A stretch of DNA of 64,000 nt from Alphaproteobacteria bacterium (GCA_027483355.1 JAIXUW010000292.1:138308-202307), one strand, 5' to 3'. Counted from the stretch's first letter, positions 29,860 to 39,887 are shown. Numbers and translations: made by a program. Notes: generated by a model from the sequence alone, not told the origin.

Positions 29860-29892
29860 TTTCTTTTTCTTTGTGCGCCACGGGCCGTGTAT

Positions 29893-31011
29893 TTACAATT
29901 GAGGTTGAGGCACGGGATCCGCGTATTTGGCTAGCCAATTCACGCTCTTTGATACTAGCTCGGGGTACTCAAATCGATCCAAAGCCGGTTTGTGCGGCGT
30001 CGAGGGTAGCGCCCATGCTACTGTTCTGATAAACATCCGCGCATCGATCCTCGATTTAAATACAGTGTTGTACCTTGCTGTAAGCATGCGCACAAACGCG
30101 CAGTACGCCTTTTTAGTGTTGTCGTTGGCCGCAAATTGCATAATTGCACTGCGGCGCGATTCTTCGGTGCACAAGTCATTGAACACGCGACTCATGGGCG
30201 TGTCGTAAAACGTGGCTGGCGTTTGACGTGCCGAATCTAGATCGCATTCGCGTAAAACTTTTTCTTTGATCAGGAATTGGCAGAATTTTTGATTTTCAGT
30301 CGCTTGAGAACACAATTTGATGCAGGCGATCTGATTTTCCGATATATCATTGTAGAGCCATTGCACAAACGGGATTGTGATATCCTTTTCGCTGCCTGCG
30401 TGTTCCCAATGGGCCGCCAGCGTCCTGGCGAATCTAGGCATTTTGGAAAAGCCCATTTCGTGACTCGTGTGACTTATGACACGCAAAACGTTGAGCATTT
30501 CGCGCCAGCGTTTTGTTGGCGCGCTTTCGACAGCGCTAGATCGTTCGTATTGACTCTGAAAGATCTGCGACGTTGTCAAATCGATAACATGGCACACAAA
30601 ACCTAGTAGAAAGTCGGACTTGGCCGCTGTAGTCATTCGGCAGCTCTCGACAACGGTCATGATAGCGCCCGTCAGTTTTGTCACGGTTTCAAGCTCGCCG
30701 TCCAGTAAAAGTGATTTTAGAGCCTCGAACATTTCGGGCCATTTCAGGGGCGCTAATACGTCGATTTCATGCGCTCCAAAGATCCACGTGTGCTCGCACC
30801 CGAGACTAAAGTTTTCAAAAAGCGCGGATCTCTTGTCCGCTTGCAGACATCCAATCACGTATGTGGCGTACATTTGGGCTAAAGTTTGTATTCCGTTCCC
30901 GTCTCCATAGAGTTGGTCCAGGACGCGCCTGAGCTTGTCCAAATAGGGCAGGGTCACGTGTGCCATTGAGACGTCCGCAACGTCGCTGTACTGCATAAAG
31001 GTAGAGTCCAT
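29893..31011 (-). CDS. hypothetical protein (372 aa)
   Basis: ATG ORF (MDSTFMQYSDV...). The stop is embedded in TTGTAAAT. No domain recognised. Confidence 0.8.
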   Translation of the reverse strand: MDSTFMQYSDVADVSMAHVTLPYLDKLRRVLDQLYGDGNGIQTLAQMYATYVIGCLQADKRSALFENFSLGCEHTWIFGAHEIDVLAPLKWPEMFEALKSLLLDGELETVTKLTGAIMTVVESCRMTTAAKSDFLLGFVCHVIDLTTSQIFQSQYERSSAVESAPTKRWREMLNVLRVISHTSHEMGFSKMPRFARTLAAHWEHAGSEKDITIPFVQWLYNDISENQIACIKLCSQATENQKFCQFLIKEKVLRECDLDSARQTPATFYDTPMSRVFNDLCTEESRRSAIMQFAANDNTKKAYCAFVRMLTARYNTVFKSRIDARMFIRTVAWALPSTPHKPALDRFEYPELVSKSVNWLAKYADPVPQPQL

Positions 31012-31153
31012 TCTTGTCTAAGACGCGTGATAGAAAAGAAAAAAATGACTGGCAAAAATGGATAGTTGCTAGACTGCTTTTTATGTACACAAAACCCCTG
31101 GCTAGGTATTTAACAAGCCCGCATTCGACATGCGCGATGTATAAACAAAGTAT

Positions 31154-31837
31154 TCACTTGGCGATTGTAATATTTGGCTTGGTTTTCCAAAAAGCCTGAG
31201 CAATGGGAGTTTGAAGAACATGCCCAACCCTCTCGATTTTTGCCAATTTCAAAATTTCCGATCCAAATCCCATTCGTCTGGCTCTTCGAGCGACCCATAA
31301 AATGTCTGCTCTTTGATCGTCACGGCTCGATACGGATAGTAGAACTGGAAGATACAAAAATGGACTAGATCCTTTAACAAACACGCGGTCAGTCCCCTTT
31401 GTTCCGTTTTTAGGAGGTTTTTTGAGAATGAGTTGCAACGTAAAAAGGTCACCATTTTCGTAGGCGCTCAGCAAATGTTGTCGATCGTTCCAAAATCCAG
31501 ACCGGCGCCCAAACACGCGCTTCTGAATTTTGTATTCTCGGCGCAGTTCAGCCATGTAGATCCAAAACGTATGAGGGCTTTCAATGGGAACAAGAAGAAA
31601 CCGCTCCCAGTCGTCCATGCGTTGAATGTCGGCTAGAGGTGCAAACCACGCAATAGACTCTGCCATTACAGGATTCAGCTCGGCCCACTTGTAGTATTCG
31701 TCGGTAGAAACATTGGGATTTTCGAGGATATTGTCCCAAACGTCCTTTGCACTACGCGTCTCGCTTGCGAGAACTGGCCGCTTATACGGCACAATGTAAT
31801 CTGACAGTTTGGTTTCGCTACCCGACGAACGGCTCAT
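31154..31837 (-). CDS. hypothetical protein with GNAT-like C-terminal motif (227 aa)
   Basis: ILWVARRARRMGFGSEILKLAKIE fits GNAT motif A (R-x-x-G-x-G after a beta strand) and is followed by IAQAFWKTK. Weak call based on motifs only. Confidence 0.7.
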   Translation of the reverse strand: MSRSSGSETKLSDYIVPYKRPVLASETRSAKDVWDNILENPNVSTDEYYKWAELNPVMAESIAWFAPLADIQRMDDWERFLLVPIESPHTFWIYMAELRREYKIQKRVFGRRSGFWNDRQHLLSAYENGDLFTLQLILKKPPKNGTKGTDRVFVKGSSPFLYLPVLLSVSSRDDQRADILWVARRARRMGFGSEILKLAKIERVGHVLQTPIAQAFWKTKPNITIAK

Positions 31838-31897
31838 TTTTGGGTTGACTATATTTGCATTGAAATTGAATCTCGCGATTTTTTGGGTTTCTTTATG

Positions 31898-31909
31898 CCC
31901 CCCCCCCCC
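31898..31909. repeat. C12 homopolymer in a divergent promoter region
   Basis: gCCCCCCCCCCCCt between the divergent starts at 31837 (-) and 31979 (+). Confidence 0.9.
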
Positions 31910-31978
31910 TATTGTAGAATGCGTTCAAACCGTTCACAATTATTTGTTTACCAAATCAATTATATATAGGAAGGAGCC

Positions 31979-32428
31979 ATGTCAGCTCCAGTTGCTGAAG
32001 TTACATTAGAAACGCAAAGGGATATTAGGCCTTCGACACAGCTATGTTTTGGCCCTGGGTACTACAAGAACGTCAGAATCAACGACAAGATTGCCGTGCC
32101 TCTTATTGCATGGTCTAGTAATGCGTGCTTGTCGTACAAACTGGGGTTTATTGAAGCTGACGGGCAAGTGAAGCTTAGATGGGATCCTCTCAAGCAGGAA
32201 ATGGGCGTCGAAGAGTCCGCTGTGACCACGGTTATCAATTCATATTCCAAGCCTGGGCCTGAGCCTCAACCTGAGCCGGAACAAGTGAAAAAGAAGATCA
32301 GCGTTCCCAAAAAGAAGAAGAAGGTGGTATCGACCAAGAAAAATGCCATTCCCGAAGCTGTTCCCAAGTTTTTGAAGGAGAAAAAGAAAAAAGCCAAGGC
32401 AGTAAATGCAAAAAAGGCGGGCATATGA
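31979..32428 (+). CDS. hypothetical protein with Lys-rich C-terminal tail (149 aa)
   Basis: ATG ORF. Tail: PEPQPEPEQVKKKISVPKKKKKVVSTKKN...KEKKKKAKAVNAKKAGI. Confidence 0.7.
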   Translation: MSAPVAEVTLETQRDIRPSTQLCFGPGYYKNVRINDKIAVPLIAWSSNACLSYKLGFIEADGQVKLRWDPLKQEMGVEESAVTTVINSYSKPGPEPQPEPEQVKKKISVPKKKKKVVSTKKNAIPEAVPKFLKEKKKKAKAVNAKKAGI

Positions 32429-32446
32429 TTTACTGTATATAAAAAA

Positions 32447-32452
32447 TGTACA
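32447..32452. terminator. palindromic TGTACA between convergent stop codons
   Basis: Between the stops at 32426-32428 (+) and 32457-32459 (-). Confidence 0.4.
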
Positions 32453-32456
32453 CGCG

Positions 32457-32906
32457 TCACGAGTGCTTATTTGTCATATCGAGTCCACGTCTCTTACCTT
32501 CTCGCGTGTAAAACCTCTTGAACACTCTCTTGATGGGCTCGGACGACCCATCCTCAAATCGTGTCACGTGGACGGCGTCGATCAATAGAATCGTGCCGCC
32601 GTAAGCTTGTTCAAACATTTGCAACCGCTTCTCGATCCACCCCGGGACAAGCAATTTGAAAAATGCTTTTCTTCCAACAGGTCTGGATATCGTGCGTAGT
32701 TTCACACCGCCGCCGTTATCCGCGTTCATCTGTTTGAATCGAGGGGAACTCGGTGGAGTAGCGCATACTTCCGAGTGTATTTCCAAAAGATATCTGTAGC
32801 TCTTGTTGCCCGACGGAGACTTTTTCAACACTTTGAAATTTCCTTCGATCACTTGGTAGCTGATACTAATCAGCGTCTGGTCCTCTGGGATACTCACAAG
32901 CGCCAT
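32457..32906 (-). CDS. hypothetical protein (149 aa)
   Basis: First ATG (MALVSIPEDQ) of a track ORF that begins at GTG. Confidence 0.65.
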   Translation of the reverse strand: MALVSIPEDQTLISISYQVIEGNFKVLKKSPSGNKSYRYLLEIHSEVCATPPSSPRFKQMNADNGGGVKLRTISRPVGRKAFFKLLVPGWIEKRLQMFEQAYGGTILLIDAVHVTRFEDGSSEPIKRVFKRFYTREGKRRGLDMTNKHS

Positions 32907-33095
32907 CGATTTTTCTAATTCTAACACTAAGAACTAATACATGAAAAAATATATATACACAAGCGCTGCTTAGCAAAGAAAATGGCGCGTCTAAAAATAG
33001 AACTCGTATAAAGGTGCCAAATATAAATATTTGAGAATAACAGCGTTCTATATCATGTTTTGTGATCATATAGATAATGTGCTAGACGAAAAAGA

Positions 33096-35063
33096 ATGCG
33101 CTCGAACGCAAAGGGAAAGCCTCTAGGAGTGAGGCAAGTCAATCGAAACGTTGCTATCGACCGCGAGCAATTCAAGTCATTTGGGCTCCTCGCCGTCTGC
33201 GTGTTCATTGCTCTGACAACTCTTATCGGATGGATTCCCAAAGCTTCAGCGCAGTGCGCGATCAGGAAAAACCTGCCGCAATACGAGCCGGCCGTCGCCA
33301 GCCGCGTGTGGAACGTGTCGCATACTCAAGAATATCGATTGCCATCCGCCATGGCCGGAGAATACAATTATGTGCTTTTACAGGCGACAAATCCGTCCGC
33401 AGCCACAGATTTGACGCTCGATCGAAGAACGCTACTGCGTGATTTGAAAACCGCCAAACTACAATTGTTCAATGCGCCACTTTACGTGACATGGAACTGC
33501 ACAGTGAATTCGGACAGCGTGAACAAGGCAAGCCAGGCGCTCGTACTCGACTCTTCAAGACCGGACGGCCAGTATTTGGTTGCGGACATCGGTAAACACA
33601 AAGAGCTGTGGTCTGATCCGGCCAATTTCCCGATACGATGCCGTTTGCAGCCTGTATTCACGCCCTATTACATGCTTGCTTACACGGACTTTGTGTCGTC
33701 CAAAAAGCAGTTTAACCAGCAAGAAATCGAGACTCTGTATTCCGGGACCAAGTTTCCATGGGCCCCATGCGCTTCCGGGTACTACACGGACAATGAACTC
33801 TTGATTGTAGGGCCCTACAAAACACTTGAGGATATTTCTATCGAATCCAAACGTGCAGACATTAAGACACTTACGTTTCGTAGCATGAAAGCTTCTCCGG
33901 TTTACGAGAAGCAACTGTGGAAGATGAATTCAGGCGGTATCGGATCTCAGATGACAGTTCAGTCCGTCGAATTGCCCTGTGAAAACCTTGCCGTTTCACG
34001 CGACAAAGACTCTGCATTCGTTCAACATTTGCTCCGATCGTTCTCGTCCAATATCGACGAACTGGGTCTCGGGGCTAATTTCTCGAGATTTGAGGGAGCC
34101 TGGGTGCCTAATCCCAGAAGATCCATTGTCTTGGATTCCTCAAACGACAAGTGCCTGTCCGAACTATCCAAACGAATGTTTAGAATCACGGACACTGAAT
34201 CTTCAAACGCGTGGGAGTTCTTGTTTACGGACGCAAACGACAGCCCCGCAATCAACAATCACTACCAAAACGTGATTTCGGACAGAGAGCAATGTTTCAA
34301 GAATGCCGAAGCTCAAGCGTTGTATGTCGTAAACTCTCCGTCTGGAAGGGGCAACGTGAGACACACTCACACTTGCTACTCATACGCCACAAATATCGGA
34401 CTTCCTCCTGCAGAGTACACTTGGAGCTACAAAACTATGGAAAAGTCGTACCAAGTCTCGCCTAGATGCATTAATCACGGCATTTTCACTCATCAGTGGA
34501 CGGCTCAAGCTTGCGGTCAGCGCGCGCTCTCCGTAAAAAACGTTTACATCGAAGACACTACCGCACCTAGAATCGACAGGTCGTCCAAATTAGTGACCTG
34601 GGCGAAAGGGAAAACACCTGTGGCCCTCCAATGCCACTGGCCGTCCGAAACAACTCGATTCTGCATACGCGACAAGATTCTCTCGGCGATGCGGCAGATT
34701 TACGCCGACAACTGCGATTCGGCATCGGAATTGGTCATCACACCCAGGTGGAACGAAGGGTCGTGGTATACGTGTTCCAGAAAGACGGGCGGGAATGTAC
34801 TGACAGGCTGCTCTCCCGCGGACGGCTCGGCGTTCAAATTAGTGACTCTGAATGACGGCTCACAAGACATGTGCTTTTCAAAATCGGATTTGACCGCCGG
34901 GAACAATGCGGCCCTGCGCTACGTAGTGCAAGTCGACGTTTCCGATTCGTGCGGCAACATTAGTCAGAACGAAGACAGGATATTGTACAGTCTCACGTTC
35001 TTTGATCATATGAGAAAAGATATGGCGCAGATTAGATCAGATTTGTGCACTGCTATTGTGTAA
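33096..35063 (+). CDS. signal-anchored Cys-rich glycoprotein-like protein (655 aa)
   Basis: ATG in context gaaaaagaATG. N-terminal hydrophobic segment FGLLAVCVFIALTTLIGWIPKASAQC. Many Cys and N-x-S/T sites. Confidence 0.85.
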   Translation: MRSNAKGKPLGVRQVNRNVAIDREQFKSFGLLAVCVFIALTTLIGWIPKASAQCAIRKNLPQYEPAVASRVWNVSHTQEYRLPSAMAGEYNYVLLQATNPSAATDLTLDRRTLLRDLKTAKLQLFNAPLYVTWNCTVNSDSVNKASQALVLDSSRPDGQYLVADIGKHKELWSDPANFPIRCRLQPVFTPYYMLAYTDFVSSKKQFNQQEIETLYSGTKFPWAPCASGYYTDNELLIVGPYKTLEDISIESKRADIKTLTFRSMKASPVYEKQLWKMNSGGIGSQMTVQSVELPCENLAVSRDKDSAFVQHLLRSFSSNIDELGLGANFSRFEGAWVPNPRRSIVLDSSNDKCLSELSKRMFRITDTESSNAWEFLFTDANDSPAINNHYQNVISDREQCFKNAEAQALYVVNSPSGRGNVRHTHTCYSYATNIGLPPAEYTWSYKTMEKSYQVSPRCINHGIFTHQWTAQACGQRALSVKNVYIEDTTAPRIDRSSKLVTWAKGKTPVALQCHWPSETTRFCIRDKILSAMRQIYADNCDSASELVITPRWNEGSWYTCSRKTGGNVLTGCSPADGSAFKLVTLNDGSQDMCFSKSDLTAGNNAALRYVVQVDVSDSCGNISQNEDRILYSLTFFDHMRKDMAQIRSDLCTAIV

Positions 35064-35185
35064 AACTTGCATGTGCGAGGGGGTGTACTCAAACCGATTT
35101 CAAAAATGTATTATTGTGCAATAAAAAACTATAAAACCACGCAATTTCATTGCAGTCGCAAATACTCCGAAACCATGTTATAATC

Positions 35186-36721
35186 ATGGAGCTGAACACA
35201 AGACGTCTTCGTCTCCCGTGCGACATGCCGTTGTCGCAAGAATATATTCATGCCCGATATTGGCTGGCACACATGAAATCGGTGTATCACGTTTTTCAGG
35301 CTCACGATTGTAACGTCTCCGGGTTGCAAGACGAAGAATCGCATGAAACGTGCATCGTTACGCGACGAATTGGGTCCCAATATTTTGTATGCACTCGCAG
35401 TGGAATCGTACATTATTGTACACCTGATAAATTGCACCCGTTTGTGCACGACACGCGGGACACGACGGTGTGTTGTCTTTCCAAATACACGCTGTCTAGT
35501 CGCACTGAAGCCGATGATTGGGAGGCTCGAGATTTGCAAGATTATGCAGATGGACACGAAGGAATGGATGCGTCGAAATTGCAATGGAATCAGATGAGAT
35601 TTAAACGTCTGGCCGAGGACGCGCTTCGAGAAAGCGAAAAGGTGGCTCAGCAAGGTGGCAAAAGCGCAGCGGCAAAGCAGAATAAAGGAAAGAAAATGAG
35701 TTTGAAAAATCAGGCATCGCGCGCTCAGCTTCAAAGCATCGGATTCGACCCTGTGGCTCTTTCCATGTCCTACGCGAGCAGCATGTCAAAATCCAACACT
35801 CTGAATATATCCACTGTGATATCTTTGACGTCTTCGGGCGCCTATTTAGGCGGAGAAGCCAACGTGTTGAACACGACTCCGCGCGCGATTTGGTGCAAAG
35901 GTCGCTCCTTTGTCAAACAAACACCCGAGAACAGCTACTCTACACGGATGACATTTGCATTCCTGTCCGAGAAAAATTGGCTCGCTCAGCAAAATAAGGA
36001 GGACATGTTTCCGGCGGACTATTTTTGGGAGACACTGCTACTACACAACTCCGCCAACTCCGACTCTACAAGCAATGAGGTGGTCCGCAAATATCAAGAA
36101 TCGCAATCGGAATTAGCCAAGTCTATTACAAGTCTATTGTCGCTGTGCAAAGAGCGTGGCCTGACGCCCAACGGTGTGCATGGGCTGCCGCGTAAGATTA
36201 ACCCGACACTAGACGCGGAGACGGAAGCCAAAGACAAGTCTGTTAACACTGTCATGTACAGGCCCGGCATTTGCAATGTATCCATAGCCAAAGATACCTG
36301 CGAACTAATCCGGCGTGATATGAAATGTTTCAAGGACTATCGTGTGCCTCCAGAGGACTGGGTTGGCCAGTTGGTTCATAAATACGGTAAACGCCGTGTC
36401 GCTGCAGGGCTCCGTGTCTTGCTGCTCGTTCTCATGCACTGTAAGTGGATACAAGCGAGCCGTTCGCATTCTCCCGAGTTCAAAAAGAAAGTGGACGAAT
36501 TTGTGGATGCCGGGTACCACTCAAATGTCAGAGCCAGTCTACTGCAGCATGCTGTCAGGGAATTCACGGACAATCGCGAGTTTGTGGACCAGCTATTCAC
36601 AGTATTAATAAACTCGGCGATCTCGAGTTCGAGCAATTTGGCTCCTCATCCTTTATGGCTTTATGAATACATTAGAGTGACGCGCGAACTGATCCAGCCA
36701 TCTCGGATCGGCGGTAAATGA
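35186..36721 (+). CDS. hypothetical protein with N-terminal Cys/His cluster (511 aa)
   Basis: First ATG (MELNTRRLRL) of a track ORF that begins at TTG. The segment HETCIVTRRIGSQYFVCTRSGIVHYCTPDKLH...VCC suggests metal binding. Confidence 0.8.
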   Translation: MELNTRRLRLPCDMPLSQEYIHARYWLAHMKSVYHVFQAHDCNVSGLQDEESHETCIVTRRIGSQYFVCTRSGIVHYCTPDKLHPFVHDTRDTTVCCLSKYTLSSRTEADDWEARDLQDYADGHEGMDASKLQWNQMRFKRLAEDALRESEKVAQQGGKSAAAKQNKGKKMSLKNQASRAQLQSIGFDPVALSMSYASSMSKSNTLNISTVISLTSSGAYLGGEANVLNTTPRAIWCKGRSFVKQTPENSYSTRMTFAFLSEKNWLAQQNKEDMFPADYFWETLLLHNSANSDSTSNEVVRKYQESQSELAKSITSLLSLCKERGLTPNGVHGLPRKINPTLDAETEAKDKSVNTVMYRPGICNVSIAKDTCELIRRDMKCFKDYRVPPEDWVGQLVHKYGKRRVAAGLRVLLLVLMHCKWIQASRSHSPEFKKKVDEFVDAGYHSNVRASLLQHAVREFTDNREFVDQLFTVLINSAISSSSNLAPHPLWLYEYIRVTRELIQPSRIGGK

Positions 36722-37821
36722 GCGCTAAGCTTGTCAAATCGGCTTCCGAGATACGAGCGTTGCCCAAAACAGTGGCCATATGCGAGCATTGTGACATTTA
36801 TTTGGTATACAAGGCAGAAAATGCGCCATACCCGTCGGTTGCGCAGCGGATGTTTGGACGAAACGTCGGATCTCAAATCGACGTCGGTTGTTCTAGTCAT
36901 CTCACGCCCGTAGTCTCGGATTTTGTAAGCCGCCTCGTGCGTATCAAAACCGAGCTTTTGGGAGGATTGAACAAATCCAGTCGACGGTTCTTGAAAGCGA
37001 TTCTGGCTTCGGACAATGACGAGTCTAGCGTAGACGAGGACAGCGAGTCGAGCGAGCATTCAATTTCCGAACACGATTCCGATTTTGCATTTGATCAGAC
37101 AGCGCGCGCGAGAATGATGCAGCGCGTCCAGCGCACCGCCAATACATGCAAGGGATGTGCACGATTTGCCGCAATTATGACACGGTCTATATGGCTTTTA
37201 GACAAAACCACCACGGTCTGCCTCGAATACCCACCCGAGATTAGAGCGGCGCCAGGAGACGACGATTTCTATTCCGTGGTCGTACTGAAACACATGTTTA
37301 TGCCCATATGCGTTGCAGGAATTGTACCGGGAGGCAATGATACGTTGACCGCATTGGCGCTGGGTAGACTGGACGTGGCACCGTTTCCCACTCGAGCGTC
37401 TGATATTCATCACGATCTGTACTTTAATCTGAAAAGGAGTCAAATAGCGGCTGCTGCGTCCTCGACAGCGACAGCGACAGCGACGACGGCGACGACGAGT
37501 AAAACGACCAAATCAAACAAGACCATGTCTGCGAATGTCGGTTGGAAAACCGCGCTTATCTACAAAGACGTGGGAGATCTCGAGACGGCGCGAAAGGCCG
37601 CAGATGAAATCATGGATCTATGGTATCCAAAGGATAGAGAGGCGGCTAGGGGCGGCGACGTCGTGGAAACCACAGTCGGAGACGGAGCGAAAAAGAAAAC
37701 CATGTTATGGGTTCCCGATTTGATGGAGAACTACGGTAATCTTACTAGTTTGATTTCTTTTAAATACAAAGACGTCATTGGGTCTCAACCAAATCAGACA
37801 CACTTGTACACTATTCAGTAA
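36718..37821 (+). CDS. hypothetical protein (367 aa)
   Basis: The ATG overlaps the upstream TGA (ATGA at 36718-36721). Contains a TATATATTATTSKTTK tract. Confidence 0.8.
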   Translation: MSAKLVKSASEIRALPKTVAICEHCDIYLVYKAENAPYPSVAQRMFGRNVGSQIDVGCSSHLTPVVSDFVSRLVRIKTELLGGLNKSSRRFLKAILASDNDESSVDEDSESSEHSISEHDSDFAFDQTARARMMQRVQRTANTCKGCARFAAIMTRSIWLLDKTTTVCLEYPPEIRAAPGDDDFYSVVVLKHMFMPICVAGIVPGGNDTLTALALGRLDVAPFPTRASDIHHDLYFNLKRSQIAAAASSTATATATTATTSKTTKSNKTMSANVGWKTALIYKDVGDLETARKAADEIMDLWYPKDREAARGGDVVETTVGDGAKKKTMLWVPDLMENYGNLTSLISFKYKDVIGSQPNQTHLYTIQ

Positions 37822-37851
37822 AAAAAAAGGATTCTCACTTCATAAAAAAAT

Positions 37852-38832
37852 ATGGCTTTGGAGTGCATTCAAAAACTCCGCGCCAAGTCGGCCATGCGCC
37901 AGACGTTGCACAGTGATCTTGACGACTTTAACTCGATGAATGGTGAATTCTACGTTTCTCCTACGCATGAACTGGAAGAAATGGGCAAGAGGAACATGCG
38001 AGAATTTGGCACGAAGAGAAAGCGTGTTGACGAGAAGACTAAAGAAAAGAAAGTTATGGCGTTCAAGATTGAGATTGCACGAATGACACTTGCCACTATT
38101 TTTGCTCTATTCGACTGTGTATCCGATGCCGGAACGCAGTTGACTGTCGCTCAGTTGACCGTTTGCCGAGAAGTCATCGGGTCTCTTTTGCCGGCCCTCT
38201 GCCTCGGAGTCGATATCTACACTCTGCTTCAGCATGAAATCTACGAGAACTACGGCATTAGATACACGGGGAAGGGTCATTCCGCGTCCGGAGGCCGTCG
38301 TACGGGTAAAACATACGGCTGTGCATGTGTCATGTCTATTGTCGCCTGCGCCGCCCCTGCCTTCAAAGTCATGTTTGTCAACTTGTATTCACACGCCGGC
38401 ATGGAGAACTTGAGAACGATGAACTACTTTGTTGACATTTTTACAAAGGACAAGAAATTCAACATTTCCGTGAGCAAGAAGGACAAGTACAATCTGTTTG
38501 TGCACTCACACATGTACAACTTTATCAAGAACAAGATTGACGAGGATCCTGCGACATATGGAGAGTTCAGGAGCTTGCTCAAGGAGAGCGTTCTCACTTC
38601 TCTGCCCAATATGGATGGCTCCAGTGGCAACGTACGCTCTTTCCCTGTTCATTTTGACACTAATACCCGGTCGTTTCGGTTTTTACAAAAGCAGGAAATG
38701 TCTGGTTGCACCCCGCCCTCAATACGCCGAGCTCTCTCAGGTACGCCGGTTTTGAGACCAAATAGAATTGCACGCCCTTTAAACTTTAAATCCTTTTGCA
38801 AAAAACGTGGCTGCTTGCGTTTTTGCTTGTAA
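37852..38832 (+). CDS. P-loop NTPase-like protein, Walker A neighbourhood reminiscent of terminase large subunit (326 aa)
   Basis: Walker A GGRRTGKT, followed by a hydrophobic helix, KVMFVNLYSHAG and GSSGNVRS. No clean hhhhDE Walker B. The last ~65 codons look low quality and contain two GTACGC donor-like sites (38632, 38741). Confidence 0.65.
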   Translation: MALECIQKLRAKSAMRQTLHSDLDDFNSMNGEFYVSPTHELEEMGKRNMREFGTKRKRVDEKTKEKKVMAFKIEIARMTLATIFALFDCVSDAGTQLTVAQLTVCREVIGSLLPALCLGVDIYTLLQHEIYENYGIRYTGKGHSASGGRRTGKTYGCACVMSIVACAAPAFKVMFVNLYSHAGMENLRTMNYFVDIFTKDKKFNISVSKKDKYNLFVHSHMYNFIKNKIDEDPATYGEFRSLLKESVLTSLPNMDGSSGNVRSFPVHFDTNTRSFRFLQKQEMSGCTPPSIRRALSGTPVLRPNRIARPLNFKSFCKKRGCLRFCL

Positions 38833-38863
38833 TCCGCCGTTCCACGCGCGTGGATAGGGACGA

Positions 38864-39880
38864 ATGTACAGGCCAGGAGTCGTCGATTTATCTCAGGATA
38901 CCGATGCGGACAAGAAAAAGCTATATCCCTACGGGTTCTTTATTGAAGACGGACAAAGCAAAAGTCCGCCCACGGGCTTTCTCAACGACGATTATGTAAA
39001 ACTATTCGTCGCTATGCTGCAACACGGCCGTGAAATGGAAAGGACACTAGACAATATCGATTGTCAAAACGAAAGCTGGAAAGCCGGCAAGTATTTTAGT
39101 GATCTTATGCGAGGATACGAATGCGAAGTCGCTGTTTTGGATATTGAACAAGACAAACTGCCTTGGTCCTGGCTGAGATTCTGCAGCGCTTATAACGCAC
39201 CGCTGGACCTCAACATTCGGCCCATGTCCAACACGCCTTATATGTACGACAAGATAGGTATATTTCCCTCTCTAGGGGCCTCGATGCTTTTCAACTCTCC
39301 TGCGTCAGATTATAACAGGACCGTTTGCAAACAATTTGTGCAGCTGTGGCTACGAACGCGAAAGGCCAACGATTTTGGAATCAATGAGACGGGAGGTTAT
39401 TTTATGATATGTAAATGCATGCCTCTGGCGTTTATCGTTCACGGCGGCGACACGCTGCATTACAGTCTTCTTGTGACTATAGACGGACTCAAATGGTATC
39501 ATTTTGATTCTATCACACAAGGCTTGAACAATGGAGTTGCTGAAAGAGGCGTCGAATCACTGCGAAGGATGCTTTTGGAAGCGCGAAAAAATAACGCGCT
39601 GGAAGACGAGCCCGTGCCACGCGAATTTAGCGTGGTTCATATGAATCGGTTCTGGGACGCGGATCATACACCTGCTATTCAACCGGACGGTGTGAGCTGC
39701 CTGCTGTACAGCGTCGCCGTGTTGGATCTATTTTTGACGACGAATTTTGACTCGTTTCCCAATCTGCACGTGAACGACACAAAATGCATTCATGCGAATA
39801 TTCCGGCCATGCGTGAATTCTGTCTAGCAATTTACAGAGTTTCATGGGGCTACTTTAATCACGTCAGGCGCATTACGTGA
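38864..39880 (+). CDS. Ulp1/adenain-like (C48-type) cysteine protease (338 aa)
   Basis: The ordered catalytic pattern is HYSLLVTIDGLKWYHFDS (His..Asp), then about 60 aa, then IQPDGVSCLLY (Gln..Cys). The spacing is as in the Ulp1/SENP and adenovirus/NCLDV protease families. Confidence 0.7.
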   Translation: MYRPGVVDLSQDTDADKKKLYPYGFFIEDGQSKSPPTGFLNDDYVKLFVAMLQHGREMERTLDNIDCQNESWKAGKYFSDLMRGYECEVAVLDIEQDKLPWSWLRFCSAYNAPLDLNIRPMSNTPYMYDKIGIFPSLGASMLFNSPASDYNRTVCKQFVQLWLRTRKANDFGINETGGYFMICKCMPLAFIVHGGDTLHYSLLVTIDGLKWYHFDSITQGLNNGVAERGVESLRRMLLEARKNNALEDEPVPREFSVVHMNRFWDADHTPAIQPDGVSCLLYSVAVLDLFLTTNFDSFPNLHVNDTKCIHANIPAMREFCLAIYRVSWGYFNHVRRIT

Positions 39881-39887
39881 CAACCGG

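Noticed and set aside
38632-38857. A 226-nt intron (GTACGC..GGATAG) that would fuse the P-loop ORF (37852..) in frame to the protease ORF (38864..)
   Set aside because: It is in frame, but the acceptor lacks a pyrimidine tract and the size is three times that of the well-supported introns. The protease ORF also has its own ATG. I kept them as two genes and flagged the alternative under the P-loop finding.
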